64,000 bases of DNA, from NCBI GenBank assembly GCA_038885755.1, contig JAVZZH010000001.1, forward strand, positions 32,001 to 96,000, given 5' to 3'. Position 1 is the first letter of the stretch, and each line of letters begins with the position of its first letter. Source of the DNA: Candidatus Caldarchaeum sp. Lineage in GTDB: Archaea > Thermoproteota > Nitrososphaeria_A > Caldarchaeales > Caldarchaeaceae. Of this stretch, positions 26,724 to 37,405 are shown one piece after another. The translations under genes were made by a program, and so were the position numbers. The notes beneath the pieces were generated by a model that saw only the letters and a list, made by a program, of their open reading frames with translations, searched no databases and was not told the DNA's origin.

Positions 26724-27985
26724 GAACGGATGTAGATGTTCTGCTTCTCCGTAAGCTTCTCTGTCTCTACGCCGAGCGTCTCGAGCTTCAGCCTAGCGAC
26801 ATTCCTGTCGATCTCCTGAGGCACGTTGTAGACCTTCTTCTCAAGCTTGTCGTGGTTCTCGACCAAGTACCTGAGGCACTCAGCCTGCAGTGCAAAAGAC
26901 AGGTCCATTACCTCCGATGGATGTCCCTCGGCGCAGACAAGGTTGACCAGTCTTCCCTCGGCGAGCAGAATGATTCTCCGCCCATCCCCAAGCCGGTAAA
27001 CGTCGACGTTCTCCCTAACCCTCTCGACCGAGGAAGCCATCTGCCTCAACTCCTCCTTGCTTATCTCCACGTCCATGTGCCCGGCGTTGGCTAGGATGAC
27101 GCCGTCCTTCATCCTCCTGAAGTGCTCGCCGCGAATAACGTCGATGTTCCCGGTCGCCGTGATGAACAAGTCGCCCAGCTCTGCTGCTTTAGTCATCGGA
27201 GCCACCGTGAACCCCGCCATGAACGCCTGCAGGGCCTTGATGGGGTCGGTCTCGACGACGATAACCCTCGCTCCCATACCTCGGGCTCTCTCAGCTATGC
27301 CGGAGCCTACACGCCCGTAGCCGCAGACGACGACGTTCTTACCGGCTAGCAGGACGTTTGTGGCCCTCATCACGCCGTCTAAGGCGGACTGGCCTGTTCC
27401 CAGAGGGTTGTCGAACATGCTTTTGGAAAGAGCTTCGTTGACCGCAATTATCGGGTATCGCAGGACCTTCTCATTCTCCATAGCCTTCAGCCTGTTGACG
27501 CCCGTCGTCGTCTCCTCCGTTCCTCCAACAACTCTGTCGACGGCGTGCTTCAGGGGGTCCGTGTCAACGGCGGCAGCCCGGTGGAGGGTAGCCACCAAGT
27601 CTGCTCCGTCGTCGACCGTCAGGTCTGGGCCGTGGGACAGACACATCCTTATTGCGTTGTAGTAATCACTGTGGCTCATGCCTCTGAACCCGTAGACGTG
27701 GAACCCTTCCGAAGCGAGGAAAGCCGCTACGTCGTCCTGCGTGCTCAAAGGGTTGGAAGCGCACAGATTCACCTTCGCGCCTCCCTCCCTCAAGGCCCTG
27801 ACCAAGACAGCCGTCTCCTTCGTTATGTGCAGGCATGCTGAAACGGTGAACCCGTCGAAAGGCATCTCGTCAGAGTACCTCTTCGCAAGCAGCCGAAGCA
27901 CCGGCATGGAAGTCTCAGCCATCCCCACCTTCCTAGAACCCTGTTCAGCAAGCCCCAAGTCCTTGACCCAGTAATCCTCAGCCAA
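26705..27985 (-). CDS. ahcY: adenosylhomocysteinase
   Basis: CLHITKET, SNPLSTQD, DDGADL, EETTTG, EGRLVNL, GHP. Confidence 0.97.
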   Translation of the reverse strand: MAEDYWVKDLGLAEQGSRKVGMAETSMPVLRLLAKRYSDEMPFDGFTVSACLHITKETAVLVRALREGGAKVNLCASNPLSTQDDVAAFLASEGFHVYGFRGMSHSDYYNAIRMCLSHGPDLTVDDGADLVATLHRAAAVDTDPLKHAVDRVVGGTEETTTGVNRLKAMENEKVLRYPIIAVNEALSKSMFDNPLGTGQSALDGVMRATNVLLAGKNVVVCGYGRVGSGIAERARGMGARVIVVETDPIKALQAFMAGFTVAPMTKAAELGDLFITATGNIDVIRGEHFRRMKDGVILANAGHMDVEISKEELRQMASSVERVRENVDVYRLGDGRRIILLAEGRLVNLVCAEGHPSEVMDLSFALQAECLRYLVENHDKLEKKVYNVPQEIDRNVARLKLETLGVETEKLTEKQNIYIRSWQAGT

Positions 27986-28072
27986 GCTGGATGACGGTTG
28001 ATTTGGCTTGTTTTAAGCATCACCGTGGGAGGAAATCCTCTTAAATAGAGGTGTGATGACTCCATCCTCGGA

Positions 28073-28504
28073 GTGAGCCTAACCCTCGCCGACGAGCAGT
28101 TCTACGTCAAGCTCCTAGACGACGTCATACAGAAGGTCTCGAAGAGAGGCGTGGTGGCGGGCGACAGAGTCCTCGAGTTCAGGCCGAACTTGGTTTACGA
28201 TGCCAAGAACACCGCCCTAACCAACTTAGGCCAGATAGCTAAGACGCTCAACAGGGAGCCGGCTCATTTCGCCCGGTTCCTCCTGAAGGAAACCGGACGT
28301 GCTGGGTCTATCTCGGACGACAAGCTGCTCATCCAAGGTAAGATGTCGGCGGATGAGTTGAAGAAGCTCATCGACCTCTACATGAAGGAGTTTGTGCGCT
28401 GCCCTATCTGCAACGGCATTGATACAAGGATTGTTAGCGAGAAGAGGTTCAGGTTCTTGGTCTGCGATGCTTGCGGGGCGAAGAACCCTGTCAGGAGAAT
28501 TTAG
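28073..28504 (+). CDS. eif2b: translation initiation factor aIF2 beta
   Basis: LNREPAH, FVRCPICNGIDT, LVCDACGA. Confidence 0.92.
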   Translation: MSLTLADEQFYVKLLDDVIQKVSKRGVVAGDRVLEFRPNLVYDAKNTALTNLGQIAKTLNREPAHFARFLLKETGRAGSISDDKLLIQGKMSADELKKLIDLYMKEFVRCPICNGIDTRIVSEKRFRFLVCDACGAKNPVRRI

Positions 28505-28514
28505 CTCAGCGAGG

Positions 28515-28808
28515 TTGTGGGTTAAGACTCACTACTCTAGGACGGGTGAGGTCGTTGTGGCTGTCTGCGACGAGAAGCTCGTGGGCACGAGGCTCAAGCT
28601 GTCGTCGGAGGTGTCGGTCGAGGTGGCGGAGTCTTTCTACAAAGGCGTGCTAGTTTTTGAGGAGGAGTTGCAGGACTACATCAAGCACGGCACGATAATC
28701 AACCTGCTGGGTGAAAAGGCTGTCGAAGCGGCTCTAAGAAAAGGCTACGCCAAAAAAGAATCAGTCGTCTACGTGGACAACGTGCCCCACCTACAGCTTT
28801 TTCTGTGA
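28515..28808 (+). CDS. DUF424-family protein
   Basis: VVAVCDEKLVG, FYKG, INLLGEKAV, VPH; TTG start 28515. Confidence 0.85.
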   Translation: MWVKTHYSRTGEVVVAVCDEKLVGTRLKLSSEVSVEVAESFYKGVLVFEEELQDYIKHGTIINLLGEKAVEAALRKGYAKKESVVYVDNVPHLQLFL

Positions 28809-28814
28809 GGCGGC

Positions 28815-29159
28815 ATGAGGCTCTCTGAGCTTCAGAAGCTCGTTGAAGAATTCGAGAGAGCTAGGGGCTGGACAACCTTCCGTGAATCGCTGATTTACGC
28901 CCATCTCATCGAGGAGATAACAGAGATAGGGCGGTTTATACTGGCGAGGGAGGGGTATAAGCGTGAAAGCCTCGGCCACTCTCATCCGGGGGAGGATGTT
29001 GGCAGCGAGTTTGCGCAGTCGTTGACTTTGCTGGTTCAGCTCGCTAACAGGCTGGGCGTTGACTTGGAAAAAGCGTTGGAGGATGAGTTGAGGAGGATGG
29101 AGAAACGGTTCAACCCTGATGAATGGAGGAAGGCGCTCAGCTCCGGCGGCGGGCCCTAA
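28815..29159 (+). CDS. MazG-like nucleotide pyrophosphohydrolase
   Basis: RGW, LIEEITE, EFAQ, LANRLGVDLE. Confidence 0.8.
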   Translation: MRLSELQKLVEEFERARGWTTFRESLIYAHLIEEITEIGRFILAREGYKRESLGHSHPGEDVGSEFAQSLTLLVQLANRLGVDLEKALEDELRRMEKRFNPDEWRKALSSGGGP

Positions 29160-30411
29160 GCTCGAACAGAATCTCCTGCGCCCTGTCAACCCTTATCGTC
29201 TTCTGCTTGACCATCTCCTCGGCAACCAGATCTATCTCCTCCCCGACAGCTCCAGCCATCACGGCTATGTTCTTAGCGTGCAGAGACATGTGGCCCGCCT
29301 GTATGCCCTCAGCCGCCAAAGCCCTCAAAGCAGCCAAGTTCTGAACAAGCCCAACAGCAGCCATCACCTCGGCGAGCTCCTTGGCTGTCTTGACGCCTAG
29401 AATCTTTAGGCAAAGCTTCGCCACAGGGTTGGTTCTGGTCGCTCCTCCGACGATTCCCACAGCCAGAGGAAGCTCTATGCTTCCGTGAAGGTCGCCGTTG
29501 GGCATCTGCTCCCAGACGGTGAGGGGCTCATACCTGCCGGTGCGGGCTGCGTAGGCATGGGCCCCTGCCTCGATCGCTCTCCAGTCGTTTCCAGTAGCTA
29601 TCGCGACAGCGTCTACACCGTTCATGATGCCCTTGTTATGGGTTGCAGCCCGGTAGGGGTCTGCCTTGGCGAAGTGGTAGGCCTCAACTATGCCTCTGGC
29701 GACCTCCGCTCCTCCGACAGACTGGGCTGGGACGAGTGTGTAAGCTCTGACAAGCCTCTTGTCAGCTAGGTTGGATATTATCCTAAGCCTGAAGACTCCG
29801 CCTGAAATTCTGGCAAGCATGGGAGCGACGGCCTCGCACATGGTGTTGACGGCGTTGGCTCCCATGGCGTCCTTGACGTCGACGACTAGATGCACCACCA
29901 GCATGGGGCCTAGCTGGGTGTCGACGACTCTCGCTTCGACATCCTTGGCCCCGCCTCCTAGGTTTACGAGCACGGGGTCTCTCTCGTTGGCCGCCGCGAT
30001 AATCTCGTCCCTGTTCCTGAGAATCTCAACCCTGGCCGCATATGGGTTAGGGACGTTCAGAAGCTGGACCTGCCCGATCATCAGCTGCTGTCCTTGGAAA
30101 GCATACACGCCACCACCGTCTCGGGCCATTTTCGCAGCGTTCGAGGCTGCAGCAACCACCGAGGGTTCTTCGACCGCCATCGGGACTAGGTAGTCCACCT
30201 TGTTTACGAGGAAGTTGGCCGCGATTCCAAGCGGTAGCGGGAAGAGGCCGACCACGTTCTCGATCATCCTGCTGGCGGTTGCGATGTCCAACCCGCCTGA
30301 CCTTATTACGTTCGCCTCCTCGCTCGTCAGGCCTGCGAACTCGGATACTTTCCTTAAACGCTCGTCAGGGCTGAGTTGGTAGAACCCGGCGATCCTCGAG
30401 CTTCTGGTCAT
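29137..30411 (-). CDS. mvaA: HMG-CoA reductase, class II
   Basis: MIENVVG, EEPSVVAA, DAMGAN, THNKGIMNG, GNDWRAIEAG, GIQAGHM. Confidence 0.95.
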   Translation of the reverse strand: MTRSSRIAGFYQLSPDERLRKVSEFAGLTSEEANVIRSGGLDIATASRMIENVVGLFPLPLGIAANFLVNKVDYLVPMAVEEPSVVAAASNAAKMARDGGGVYAFQGQQLMIGQVQLLNVPNPYAARVEILRNRDEIIAAANERDPVLVNLGGGAKDVEARVVDTQLGPMLVVHLVVDVKDAMGANAVNTMCEAVAPMLARISGGVFRLRIISNLADKRLVRAYTLVPAQSVGGAEVARGIVEAYHFAKADPYRAATHNKGIMNGVDAVAIATGNDWRAIEAGAHAYAARTGRYEPLTVWEQMPNGDLHGSIELPLAVGIVGGATRTNPVAKLCLKILGVKTAKELAEVMAAVGLVQNLAALRALAAEGIQAGHMSLHAKNIAVMAGAVGEEIDLVAEEMVKQKTIRVDRAQEILFELRARRRS

Positions 30412-30435
30412 GGCTCTGGTTGTCCGGGTTGTTTT

Positions 30436-31059
30436 TTAAGCTTTTCCGACGAATAGCTTGACGGCGGCTGCTAAAGCCGCATACCTAGACTTCACCTCGT
30501 CATCAGCCCCCGCTATGATGACGACGTCGTTCACGGAGGGGTGGAACAGGCTGATTATTTTGCCGGCGAACTCCGGCCTTTCGATGCTTAAGTTTGACAC
30601 TCTAGGCATCTCCAGCCCCGACTCGGTGTAGGTCAGAACCATGGCCGCCGAAGCCCCGTTCCTCACGGCTTCATCTCGCTCGTCAACTCCTGTCGAAACT
30701 TTTCCCGCCATCCCTCTGACCACGACACCGAAGTTGTGCTTAGCGGTCCAAGGCATCTCAAAAACCACTCTCTTCAGCTCTGAAACAGTCCTGCTCAGGT
30801 AGCTGTAAAGCTCCATCCCTTTCTCAGTCAGCCTTAAACCCTCCCGGCTGGAGAAAGCCAGCCCGCTGCTTACGAGACGGCTCAGCATCGTCCTCACAGA
30901 CCCCTCGCCTATTCCGAGAAGTTCTTTCAGCCTCTTCCTTCCCATCACGGCCGAAGACCCGATCAAGATTACAGCGTAAAGCAGCTGTACGGGGGTGAAA
31001 GCGGGAGCCGGGCCCCTGACCTCCCGCACCTCCAGCAGTTGTCTCAGAGCCTCCATCAC
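30436..31059 (-). CDS. winged-HTH protein with DUF4443-like C-terminal domain
   Basis: GRKRLKELLGIGEGSVRT, ERDEAVRNGA motifs. Confidence 0.75.
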   Translation of the reverse strand: MMEALRQLLEVREVRGPAPAFTPVQLLYAVILIGSSAVMGRKRLKELLGIGEGSVRTMLSRLVSSGLAFSSREGLRLTEKGMELYSYLSRTVSELKRVVFEMPWTAKHNFGVVVRGMAGKVSTGVDERDEAVRNGASAAMVLTYTESGLEMPRVSNLSIERPEFAGKIISLFHPSVNDVVIIAGADDEVKSRYAALAAAVKLFVGKA

Positions 31060-31090
31060 TTTTCGGAACGTGGTCTCTGGATTTATGTTT

Positions 31091-31999
31091 TCACGTGAGC
31101 GTGAGGCTTTCCATGATTCTCCGCCGCGGGTTGTCGTCCAAGTCTTCTAACGACTGGCCCGTGCCTAGGAAGAGTAGTGGGATGTTTGTCGCATGGCATA
31201 TCGATATGGTTGACCCACCCTTGGCGTCGGCGTCAAACTTGGCGAGCACGAAGAAGTCGAGCCCGACGACTTCGTGGAACATCCTCGCTTGGTTGACGGC
31301 TACGTTGCCGGCGAGGGAGTCGCCTGTGTAGACGACGTAGTCGGGGTTCACCACACGCTTGATTTTACGCATCTCCTCCAGCAAACCCCTGTCGACCTCG
31401 GTCCTTCCAGCCGTGTCTATCAGGACAAAGTTTGCACGCATGGATACCGCTTTGTTCACGGCGTCGAAGGCGACGGAAGCGGGGTCAGCTCCATAATGCT
31501 GGCTGACGACAAGAAACCCCGCCCTGCTCCCGAGAGTCTCGAGCTGCTCTATCGCACCAGCTCTGAAAGTATCGGCCGACGCCAGTATGACGCTGTATCC
31601 ACGGCGTCTGAGATAGTGGGCGATCTTAACCACGGTAGTTGTCTTGCCCGACCCGTTGGGCCCGACAAACAGAACCACTACAGGCTTGCCTTGCTTCTTC
31701 TTCTCCTCAGCTCTCTGTAATAATGTTTCGGCATCCGCCGTCTTTATCAAACCATCGACGGTTCTCCTTAGAAGATCCCTTACAGCTTCCCGGTTGTCTG
31801 AGAACCTCTGCACCCTGACCGTCTGCAAGTCTCTACGAAGGTTTTCAACAATCGCCTCCGCCGTCTCCACAGCTACGTCTGCCGCAACAAGCTGGTAGTA
31901 GAAATCCGTAAGGATCTTCTCCGTCTCTTTGGGAGACAGCTGGGTTGACGTGATTTTGTCGACTACGGCTGAGAAGATTCTAGAAATAGCCTTAAACAT
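31091..31999 (-). CDS. ftsY: signal recognition particle receptor
   Basis: GPNGSGKTTT, DTFRAGA, DTAGR, KFDADAKGG, GTGQ. Confidence 0.96.
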   Translation of the reverse strand: MFKAISRIFSAVVDKITSTQLSPKETEKILTDFYYQLVAADVAVETAEAIVENLRRDLQTVRVQRFSDNREAVRDLLRRTVDGLIKTADAETLLQRAEEKKKQGKPVVVLFVGPNGSGKTTTVVKIAHYLRRRGYSVILASADTFRAGAIEQLETLGSRAGFLVVSQHYGADPASVAFDAVNKAVSMRANFVLIDTAGRTEVDRGLLEEMRKIKRVVNPDYVVYTGDSLAGNVAVNQARMFHEVVGLDFFVLAKFDADAKGGSTISICHATNIPLLFLGTGQSLEDLDDNPRRRIMESLTLT

Positions 32000-32000
32000 A

Positions 32001-32441
32001 TCATGTACCTTGCTTACGCTGGGATGCTAGAGCGCTTCCTAGGAAGCGTCTCAGCTCCTCAGCCCGAGCCGAATACTCCCCAATCCTTTTCGTCAAGCTT
32101 TCGAGGACTGCTTGGAGGTTCTGGCTCCGCTTGGTCAACAGTTGCTGGGAGTCGTCCAAGGCCTTGACCGCGTAAACGCCTGCACCTATGTTCACCGTCA
32201 CCTTCTCCAAGGACTCGAGGCTAGCTTCGGCGAATGCCCCGGCCCCGAGAGGAACCATCACACGCATCTTCCCGCCTGATTTTTTCATCTCTTCAAGGAG
32301 CCTGACCGCCTCCTCATGCTCCACGAGTGAACGCTGGACAGCCAGAACCCTGGCCTGAAGCTCGGCAACAAGTCTATCAATTAACTGAAGCTCTTCCAGC
32401 GCTTGCGTGATTTCAGCCTCAGACATGCTGTACAGCATCAA
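32001..32441 (-). CDS. pfdA: prefoldin alpha subunit
   Basis: Coiled coils around VPLGAGAF...VNIGAGVY; conserved position between eif6 and ftsY. Confidence 0.93.
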   Translation of the reverse strand: MMLYSMSEAEITQALEELQLIDRLVAELQARVLAVQRSLVEHEEAVRLLEEMKKSGGKMRVMVPLGAGAFAEASLESLEKVTVNIGAGVYAVKALDDSQQLLTKRSQNLQAVLESLTKRIGEYSARAEELRRFLGSALASQRKQGT

Positions 32442-32460
32442 TAAACAGCCGTTAATAACG

Positions 32461-33129
32461 TCATCGCTGGAAAACTCTCGTAATCGTCATCAGCTCCGGG
32501 CCCGTGGTTCTGGCCCCAGCTACAACCCCCCACGAGTTGGCCACGATGCTGCTTCTCAGGAAGCGAACGCCTCCGTTGACCGTGCCGTGCTCTGCTTCCA
32601 CCTTCAAAACATTCTTGACAAGATCCATCTCTTCATCCGCTGCATCCAGATGAACGAGGGCGCCCACGTTCGTGGCCACAGCGAGCGAGCCTAGGTAGGT
32701 TCTTCCGGCGATAGTTGCAGGAGCAGCTTCAACCCCGAGCACCTCACCTATGGTCTTGACCGCAGCCCGTCCTAGAACCGGGCTGACCAAAGCTCCTCGG
32801 TCGTTGCACAGGATTAGGTTTCCTACCGCCGTATGCTTGGAGGCTAGCTTGAGTATGTTGAGGTCCTTCAAGCTTCTCTTAATCGTCTCGAGCTCGTTGT
32901 CTAGAGTCAGGCACGTCAGTACTAGGCCGTTGGAGTTTCCCGCGGCGAACGGGGACAGAAGGATGCTGTCGGAAAGCGATACGGGAACGGTCTCGGCGTT
33001 CAACACCTCTTCGAAGACACGGATCTTCGAAGGGTTGACATGCTTCGAGACCAAGACATACCTGTCTGTCGGGACTGCGAAAAGCCCGACCTCAGCCGAG
33101 CCGAGGACCGTTTCCAGACGTATCTGCAT
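32461..33129 (-). CDS. eif6: translation factor aIF6
   Basis: AGNSNG, GNLILCND, GTVNGG, ANSWG, TTGPE. Confidence 0.95.
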   Translation of the reverse strand: MQIRLETVLGSAEVGLFAVPTDRYVLVSKHVNPSKIRVFEEVLNAETVPVSLSDSILLSPFAAGNSNGLVLTCLTLDNELETIKRSLKDLNILKLASKHTAVGNLILCNDRGALVSPVLGRAAVKTIGEVLGVEAAPATIAGRTYLGSLAVATNVGALVHLDAADEEMDLVKNVLKVEAEHGTVNGGVRFLRSSIVANSWGVVAGARTTGPELMTITRVFQR

Positions 33130-33140
33130 ACGGGGCTACC

Positions 33141-33446
33141 CTACTCCCGCTTCTCCTCCTCCCCCTTCTCACCCTCAAGCCTAACAACTACAGTCTCATC
33201 GTCCTCCTGCTCCAAAACAATCTTTATCCTTCTAGGAGGGTTCTGCCTGCCGTTCATCCATATCCGCTCGACCACTTTGGGCGAAAGCTTGACTCTCTCG
33301 GCTTTAGAATGTCTTTGGACAAACTCCCTCAGCAGGCGGACGGCTGCGTCCGCCCTCCTCAGCCTCGAGGCCTTCCACGCGTCGTCGAGGGGAACGGTGT
33401 AAGCCCTGACGCCTTCCTGACTCAACTCGTCTCCGACTCCAAACAT
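33141..33446 (-). CDS. rpl31e: 50S ribosomal protein L31e
   Basis: YTVPL, RRADAAVRLLREF, IWMNGRQNPPRRIKI. Confidence 0.93.
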   Translation of the reverse strand: MFGVGDELSQEGVRAYTVPLDDAWKASRLRRADAAVRLLREFVQRHSKAERVKLSPKVVERIWMNGRQNPPRRIKIVLEQEDDETVVVRLEGEKGEEEKRE

Positions 33447-33505
33447 CCATGGTTTAAACCTATCCTCAGAAACACAAATAGCACCCGCTCACAAAGGTTT
33501 GGAGG

Positions 33506-33973
33506 ATGTCCGAAGACGTCGTGAAGGCCTTGGAGGCTGAGAAGAAGGAGCTGATGGAAAGCCTGATGTATGCACGAGCTGAGCTGGCCAACCTACGGCG
33601 GTTGATGGAGAACGAGATAAAGAGGAGCGAGTCGGCTGCTGTGGAGAGGATTGTGAAAAAGCTTCTGCCGCTCTACGAGGATTTTGAAAGAGTTGTGAAG
33701 GGCTTGGAAACCGAGCCGGTCGGCCCTGCTGTAAGCGAGGCTGTTAAGATGCTCTTCAAAGAGCTGGAAAACATACTTGCGTCGGAAGGTGTTGAGAGAA
33801 TGGATGTGGTGGGGAAAGAGTTCAACCCATTCGACCACGAAGCGGTTGAGTTTGTCGAAAGCAGCGACGCAACAGTGGAAACGGTCGTCGAAACAATCTC
33901 GCCGGGCTACAGGCTGCACGGCAAGGTGTTGAAACCGCCCAAGGTCAGGGTCGCGAAGCCAAAGCCACCCTGA
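33506..33973 (+). CDS. grpE: nucleotide exchange factor GrpE
   Basis: AELANLRR, FNPFDHEA, GYRLHGKVLKPPKVRV. Confidence 0.94.
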   Translation: MSEDVVKALEAEKKELMESLMYARAELANLRRLMENEIKRSESAAVERIVKKLLPLYEDFERVVKGLETEPVGPAVSEAVKMLFKELENILASEGVERMDVVGKEFNPFDHEAVEFVESSDATVETVVETISPGYRLHGKVLKPPKVRVAKPKPP

Positions 33974-34062
33974 CGCAGTCCTTCAGCGTTTTTCGGACGC
34001 ATTAGATTTTAATTCCAGCTTAGAATGCAAAACATTAGGATACTTCAAGAGGTGTTCGAGAC

Positions 34063-35844
34063 ATGGCTGAGAAGATAATAGGCATAGACTTGGGTACAAG
34101 CAACTCGGCGGCAGCTGTCGTGATAGCTGGAAGACCGACGATAATCCCCTCTGTCGAAGGTGTGACGCTTTACGGGAAGGCTTTTCCGTCATACGTCGCC
34201 ATGACGAAGGAGGGCGAGCTGATAGTCGGAGAGCCTGCTAGACGACAAGCCGTGCTAAACCCCGAGGGAACAATCACCGCTTGGAAGAGGAAGATGGGCT
34301 CGGACCATAAGTTCGTCCTGCACGGCAAGGAGTTCACGCCTCAGCAGCTGTCCGCCTTCCTCCTCCAGAAGATAAAGAAGGATGCCGAGGCTTATCTCGG
34401 CGAGCCTGTCAAGAAAGCTGTCATCACGGTTCCCGCCTACTTCAACGACAATCAGAGGCAGGCCACTAAGGACGCTGGCGCGATAGCTGGGCTTGAGGTG
34501 GTGAGGATTATCAACGAGCCTACCGCTGCGGCGCTGGCTTACGGGCTCAACAAGCTGGACCAAGAGATGAAGATCCTCGTCTTCGACCTCGGAGGAGGAA
34601 CGCTCGACGTCACTATCATGGAGTTTGGTCAGGGGGTTTTCGAGGTCAAGGCGACGTCTGGCGATACTCAGCTGGGTGGGACAGACATGGACAAGGCTCT
34701 CGTCGACTACATAGTCGAAAGCTATCGGCGGGAGTCGGGGTTGGACCTGAGGAAAGACCCTTCAGCTATGAACCGTGTTAGGGAGGCGGCTGAGAGAGCC
34801 AAGATAGAGCTATCATCGATGACCGAGACCGAGATAAACCTGCCTTACATAGCCTACGACTCCTCGGGGCCGAAGAACCTGTACATGCGCATCACTAGGG
34901 CGACCTTGGAAAACTTGGTCAGGCCCATCATCGAGAGATGCAGAAACCCCATCAACCAAGCTCTGCAGGACGCCAAGCTACAGCCAAGCGACATCGACAA
35001 AATCATACTCGTGGGAGGGCCGACGCGCATGCCCATAGTACAGGAATTCATCAAAGAGGTTTTGGGTAAGGAGCCTGAGAGAGGCGTTGACCCGATGGAA
35101 TGCGTCGCCATGGGAGCGGCCATTCAGGGAGCGATACTGGCTGGCGAGATGAAGGACAAGGACATAGTCCTGCTCGACGTGGTGCCCATATCGCTAGGCG
35201 TCGAGACACTAGGAGGAATCTTCACGAAGATCATCGACCGCAACACAACCATACCGATACGCAAAAGCGAGATATTCACAACAGCCGCAGACTTCCAGAC
35301 AAGCGTCGAGATTCATGTACTGCAGGGCGAGAGACCCATGGCGGCTGACAACGTCTCCCTAGGAAGGTTCACGCTTTCAGGAATTCCTCCAGCTCCGAAA
35401 GGAGTTCCTAAGATCGAGGTCACCTTCGACATCAACGCCGACGGCATACTCACCGTCACGGCCAAAGACTTGGGCACGGGCAAGGATGTAAGCATCAAGA
35501 TAACCGCACCGCACCGGTTGTCGAAGGAGGAGATCGACAGGATGATTAGGGAGGCGGAGCAGTTCGCTGAGCAGGACAGGAGGAGGAAGCAGGAGGCTGA
35601 GCTGAGGAACGAGGCTGACGCCATAATCTACGCCGTCGAAAAGTCTGTCAACGAGCTGGGCGACAAGATTCCCGCCGACACCAAGAAGGAGGTCGAAGAG
35701 CATGTCAAGAAGCTCCGGGAAGCGTTGGCTGGAAAGGATGTGTCGGCGATAAAGGACGCGTTGGAGAAGCTTAAGAAGACCGCTCAAAAGATAGGCGGCG
35801 CTGTCTACGGTGAGGGCGGAGCCGGCAAGGAGCCCAAGGGCTAG
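34063..35844 (+). CDS. dnaK: chaperone DnaK
   Basis: [32 protein letters not shown]. Confidence 0.98.
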   Translation: MAEKIIGIDLGTSNSAAAVVIAGRPTIIPSVEGVTLYGKAFPSYVAMTKEGELIVGEPARRQAVLNPEGTITAWKRKMGSDHKFVLHGKEFTPQQLSAFLLQKIKKDAEAYLGEPVKKAVITVPAYFNDNQRQATKDAGAIAGLEVVRIINEPTAAALAYGLNKLDQEMKILVFDLGGGTLDVTIMEFGQGVFEVKATSGDTQLGGTDMDKALVDYIVESYRRESGLDLRKDPSAMNRVREAAERAKIELSSMTETEINLPYIAYDSSGPKNLYMRITRATLENLVRPIIERCRNPINQALQDAKLQPSDIDKIILVGGPTRMPIVQEFIKEVLGKEPERGVDPMECVAMGAAIQGAILAGEMKDKDIVLLDVVPISLGVETLGGIFTKIIDRNTTIPIRKSEIFTTAADFQTSVEIHVLQGERPMAADNVSLGRFTLSGIPPAPKGVPKIEVTFDINADGILTVTAKDLGTGKDVSIKITAPHRLSKEEIDRMIREAEQFAEQDRRRKQEAELRNEADAIIYAVEKSVNELGDKIPADTKKEVEEHVKKLREALAGKDVSAIKDALEKLKKTAQKIGGAVYGEGGAGKEPKG

Positions 35845-35846
35845 CT

Positions 35847-36959
35847 ATGCCAGCTGACGGGAAAGACTACTACGAGATTCTCGGCGTTCCAAGGAACGCG
35901 ACTAAGGACGAGATAAAGAGAGCCTACAGGAAACTAGCCCTCCAGTACCATCCCGACCGGAACAAGTCTCCGGACGCTGAGGAGAAGTTTAAAGAGATAA
36001 GCGAAGCCTACGCGGTCTTGGTTGACGACGAGAAGAGAAAACTTTACGACATGTACGGGCGAGCAGGCGTCTCTCAGACCTACAGCAAGGAGGACCTTTT
36101 CAGCTCCACGTGGGTTGACTTCGACGAATTGTTCAGAGACCTCGGGCTCGGCGGGTTTGACTCGATATTCGAGAGGTTCTTCGGGTTCGGCAGAAAGCCT
36201 AGGTCGCCGTCTCCAACATACGTCGACGCCGAGATTAGCCTAAGGGAGGCTCTGCGCGGTGGAAGGACAGAGATACCCATAACAACAACCCAGACATGCG
36301 AACGGTGCGGCGGGTCAGGCGGGGAGCCCGGCCACGTTGAAAAATGCAGTGTGTGCAACGGGACGGGGCAGAGGGTTGAAAGGGTTCAGACGGGCTTCAT
36401 GTACTTCACGTCGGTCACAACCTGCGGCAAGTGCCGTGGCTCGGGCACGGTTGTCAAGAAAGCCTGCTCAGCCTGCAGGGGGGCTGGTGTCGTCGAGAAG
36501 ACTGAGAGGCTGGTTGTCGAAATACCGGCGGGGGTGGCGGACAACGACTCAGTCGTCATACGTGGTAAAGGCCTCTACGACCAGTCCGCTGGAAGAAGAG
36601 GAGACCTTGTGATCCGTTTCAGGCTGAAGCTGGGTAAGCATTTCAGCTTGAACGAAGACAGGCTCGTGATGCACCTGCCCGTGTCCCCGAGCGAGCTTGC
36701 CTTAGGCAGAGAAATAGAGGTCAGCTCCTTCGACGGCCCGCTTAGAATCAGGCTGAGGACTGACAACCTAGACACGCCCATAATACTTAGGGGGCGTGGG
36801 CTTCCGATGAGGAACGGAAAACGCGGCGACCTTGAGGTCAGGCTGAAGCTGGTCCTCCCCAAGGACGTTAGCCGCGACCAGCTGAGGATTTACGGCGAGC
36901 TTCTGCCCTACGAGTCCCGGCGAATGGATGAGGAGAGGAGCCGTCTCTTCTCAAACTAA
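35847..36959 (+). CDS. dnaJ: chaperone DnaJ
   Basis: J domain with HPD and four CxxCxGxG repeats. Confidence 0.97.
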   Translation: MPADGKDYYEILGVPRNATKDEIKRAYRKLALQYHPDRNKSPDAEEKFKEISEAYAVLVDDEKRKLYDMYGRAGVSQTYSKEDLFSSTWVDFDELFRDLGLGGFDSIFERFFGFGRKPRSPSPTYVDAEISLREALRGGRTEIPITTTQTCERCGGSGGEPGHVEKCSVCNGTGQRVERVQTGFMYFTSVTTCGKCRGSGTVVKKACSACRGAGVVEKTERLVVEIPAGVADNDSVVIRGKGLYDQSAGRRGDLVIRFRLKLGKHFSLNEDRLVMHLPVSPSELALGREIEVSSFDGPLRIRLRTDNLDTPIILRGRGLPMRNGKRGDLEVRLKLVLPKDVSRDQLRIYGELLPYESRRMDEERSRLFSN

Positions 36960-37329
36960 TTCTCTCGACGTACATCAGTGGATACTTAATCCGTCTGACT
37001 TGCTTCATCCTCGCTGAGACCACTGCTTGACCGTATGCAACCTCCACCTTCACATCCAAGTCCTCAGGAGAAACCGAGCCATACCTGTACAACCCGCCCC
37101 TCCTAACCCGTGGCCTTATCCTGACTTTCAGCCTCTTCCTGTAGGGCTGGAGCCGGAAGCTCGCCTCGACCGCCCTCTCCAGAAGTCGTCTAACATCGCC
37201 TGCCACCGGAAATCCCGCGACGGAGTGGACTATTGAGCCTAGAGCTATGCCGGCCTCAAACACAGCTCTCTCCCTATCCGTGAAGTCCTTCGGGAAGAAC
37301 CCCCGCACCACTCTCTCGACGCCGTCCAT
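36868..37329 (-). CDS. mptD: archaeal dihydroneopterin aldolase
   Basis: [24 protein letters not shown]; C-terminal tail overlaps dnaJ. Confidence 0.82.
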   Translation of the reverse strand: MDGVERVVRGFFPKDFTDRERAVFEAGIALGSIVHSVAGFPVAGDVRRLLERAVEASFRLQPYRKRLKVRIRPRVRRGGLYRYGSVSPEDLDVKVEVAYGQAVVSARMKQVRRIKYPLMYVERISLRRDGSSPHPFAGTRRAEARRKSSAGRG

Positions 37330-37405
37330 AACACCGTATAAGCCGCCGGCTCTCTATTTGTTTTTACAGGAGAAAAGGTATTTAGAAACGTCTTAAGGGA
37401 CGGAG

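Noticed and set aside
28056-28076. uORF MTPSSE or C-box-like GTGATGA before aIF2 beta
   Set aside because: Lies between the TATA box (28041-28047) and the expected transcript start, and there is no good D box
33974-34062. CIRCE-type heat-shock operator before dnaK
   Set aside because: No TTAGCACTC-N9-GAGTGCTAA or other clear palindrome; only an AT-rich promoter-like stretch
36868-36959. 92-nt overlap of mptD and dnaJ as a functional antisense feature
   Set aside because: Convergent overlaps are common in this window and the mptD tail lies beyond the conserved domain
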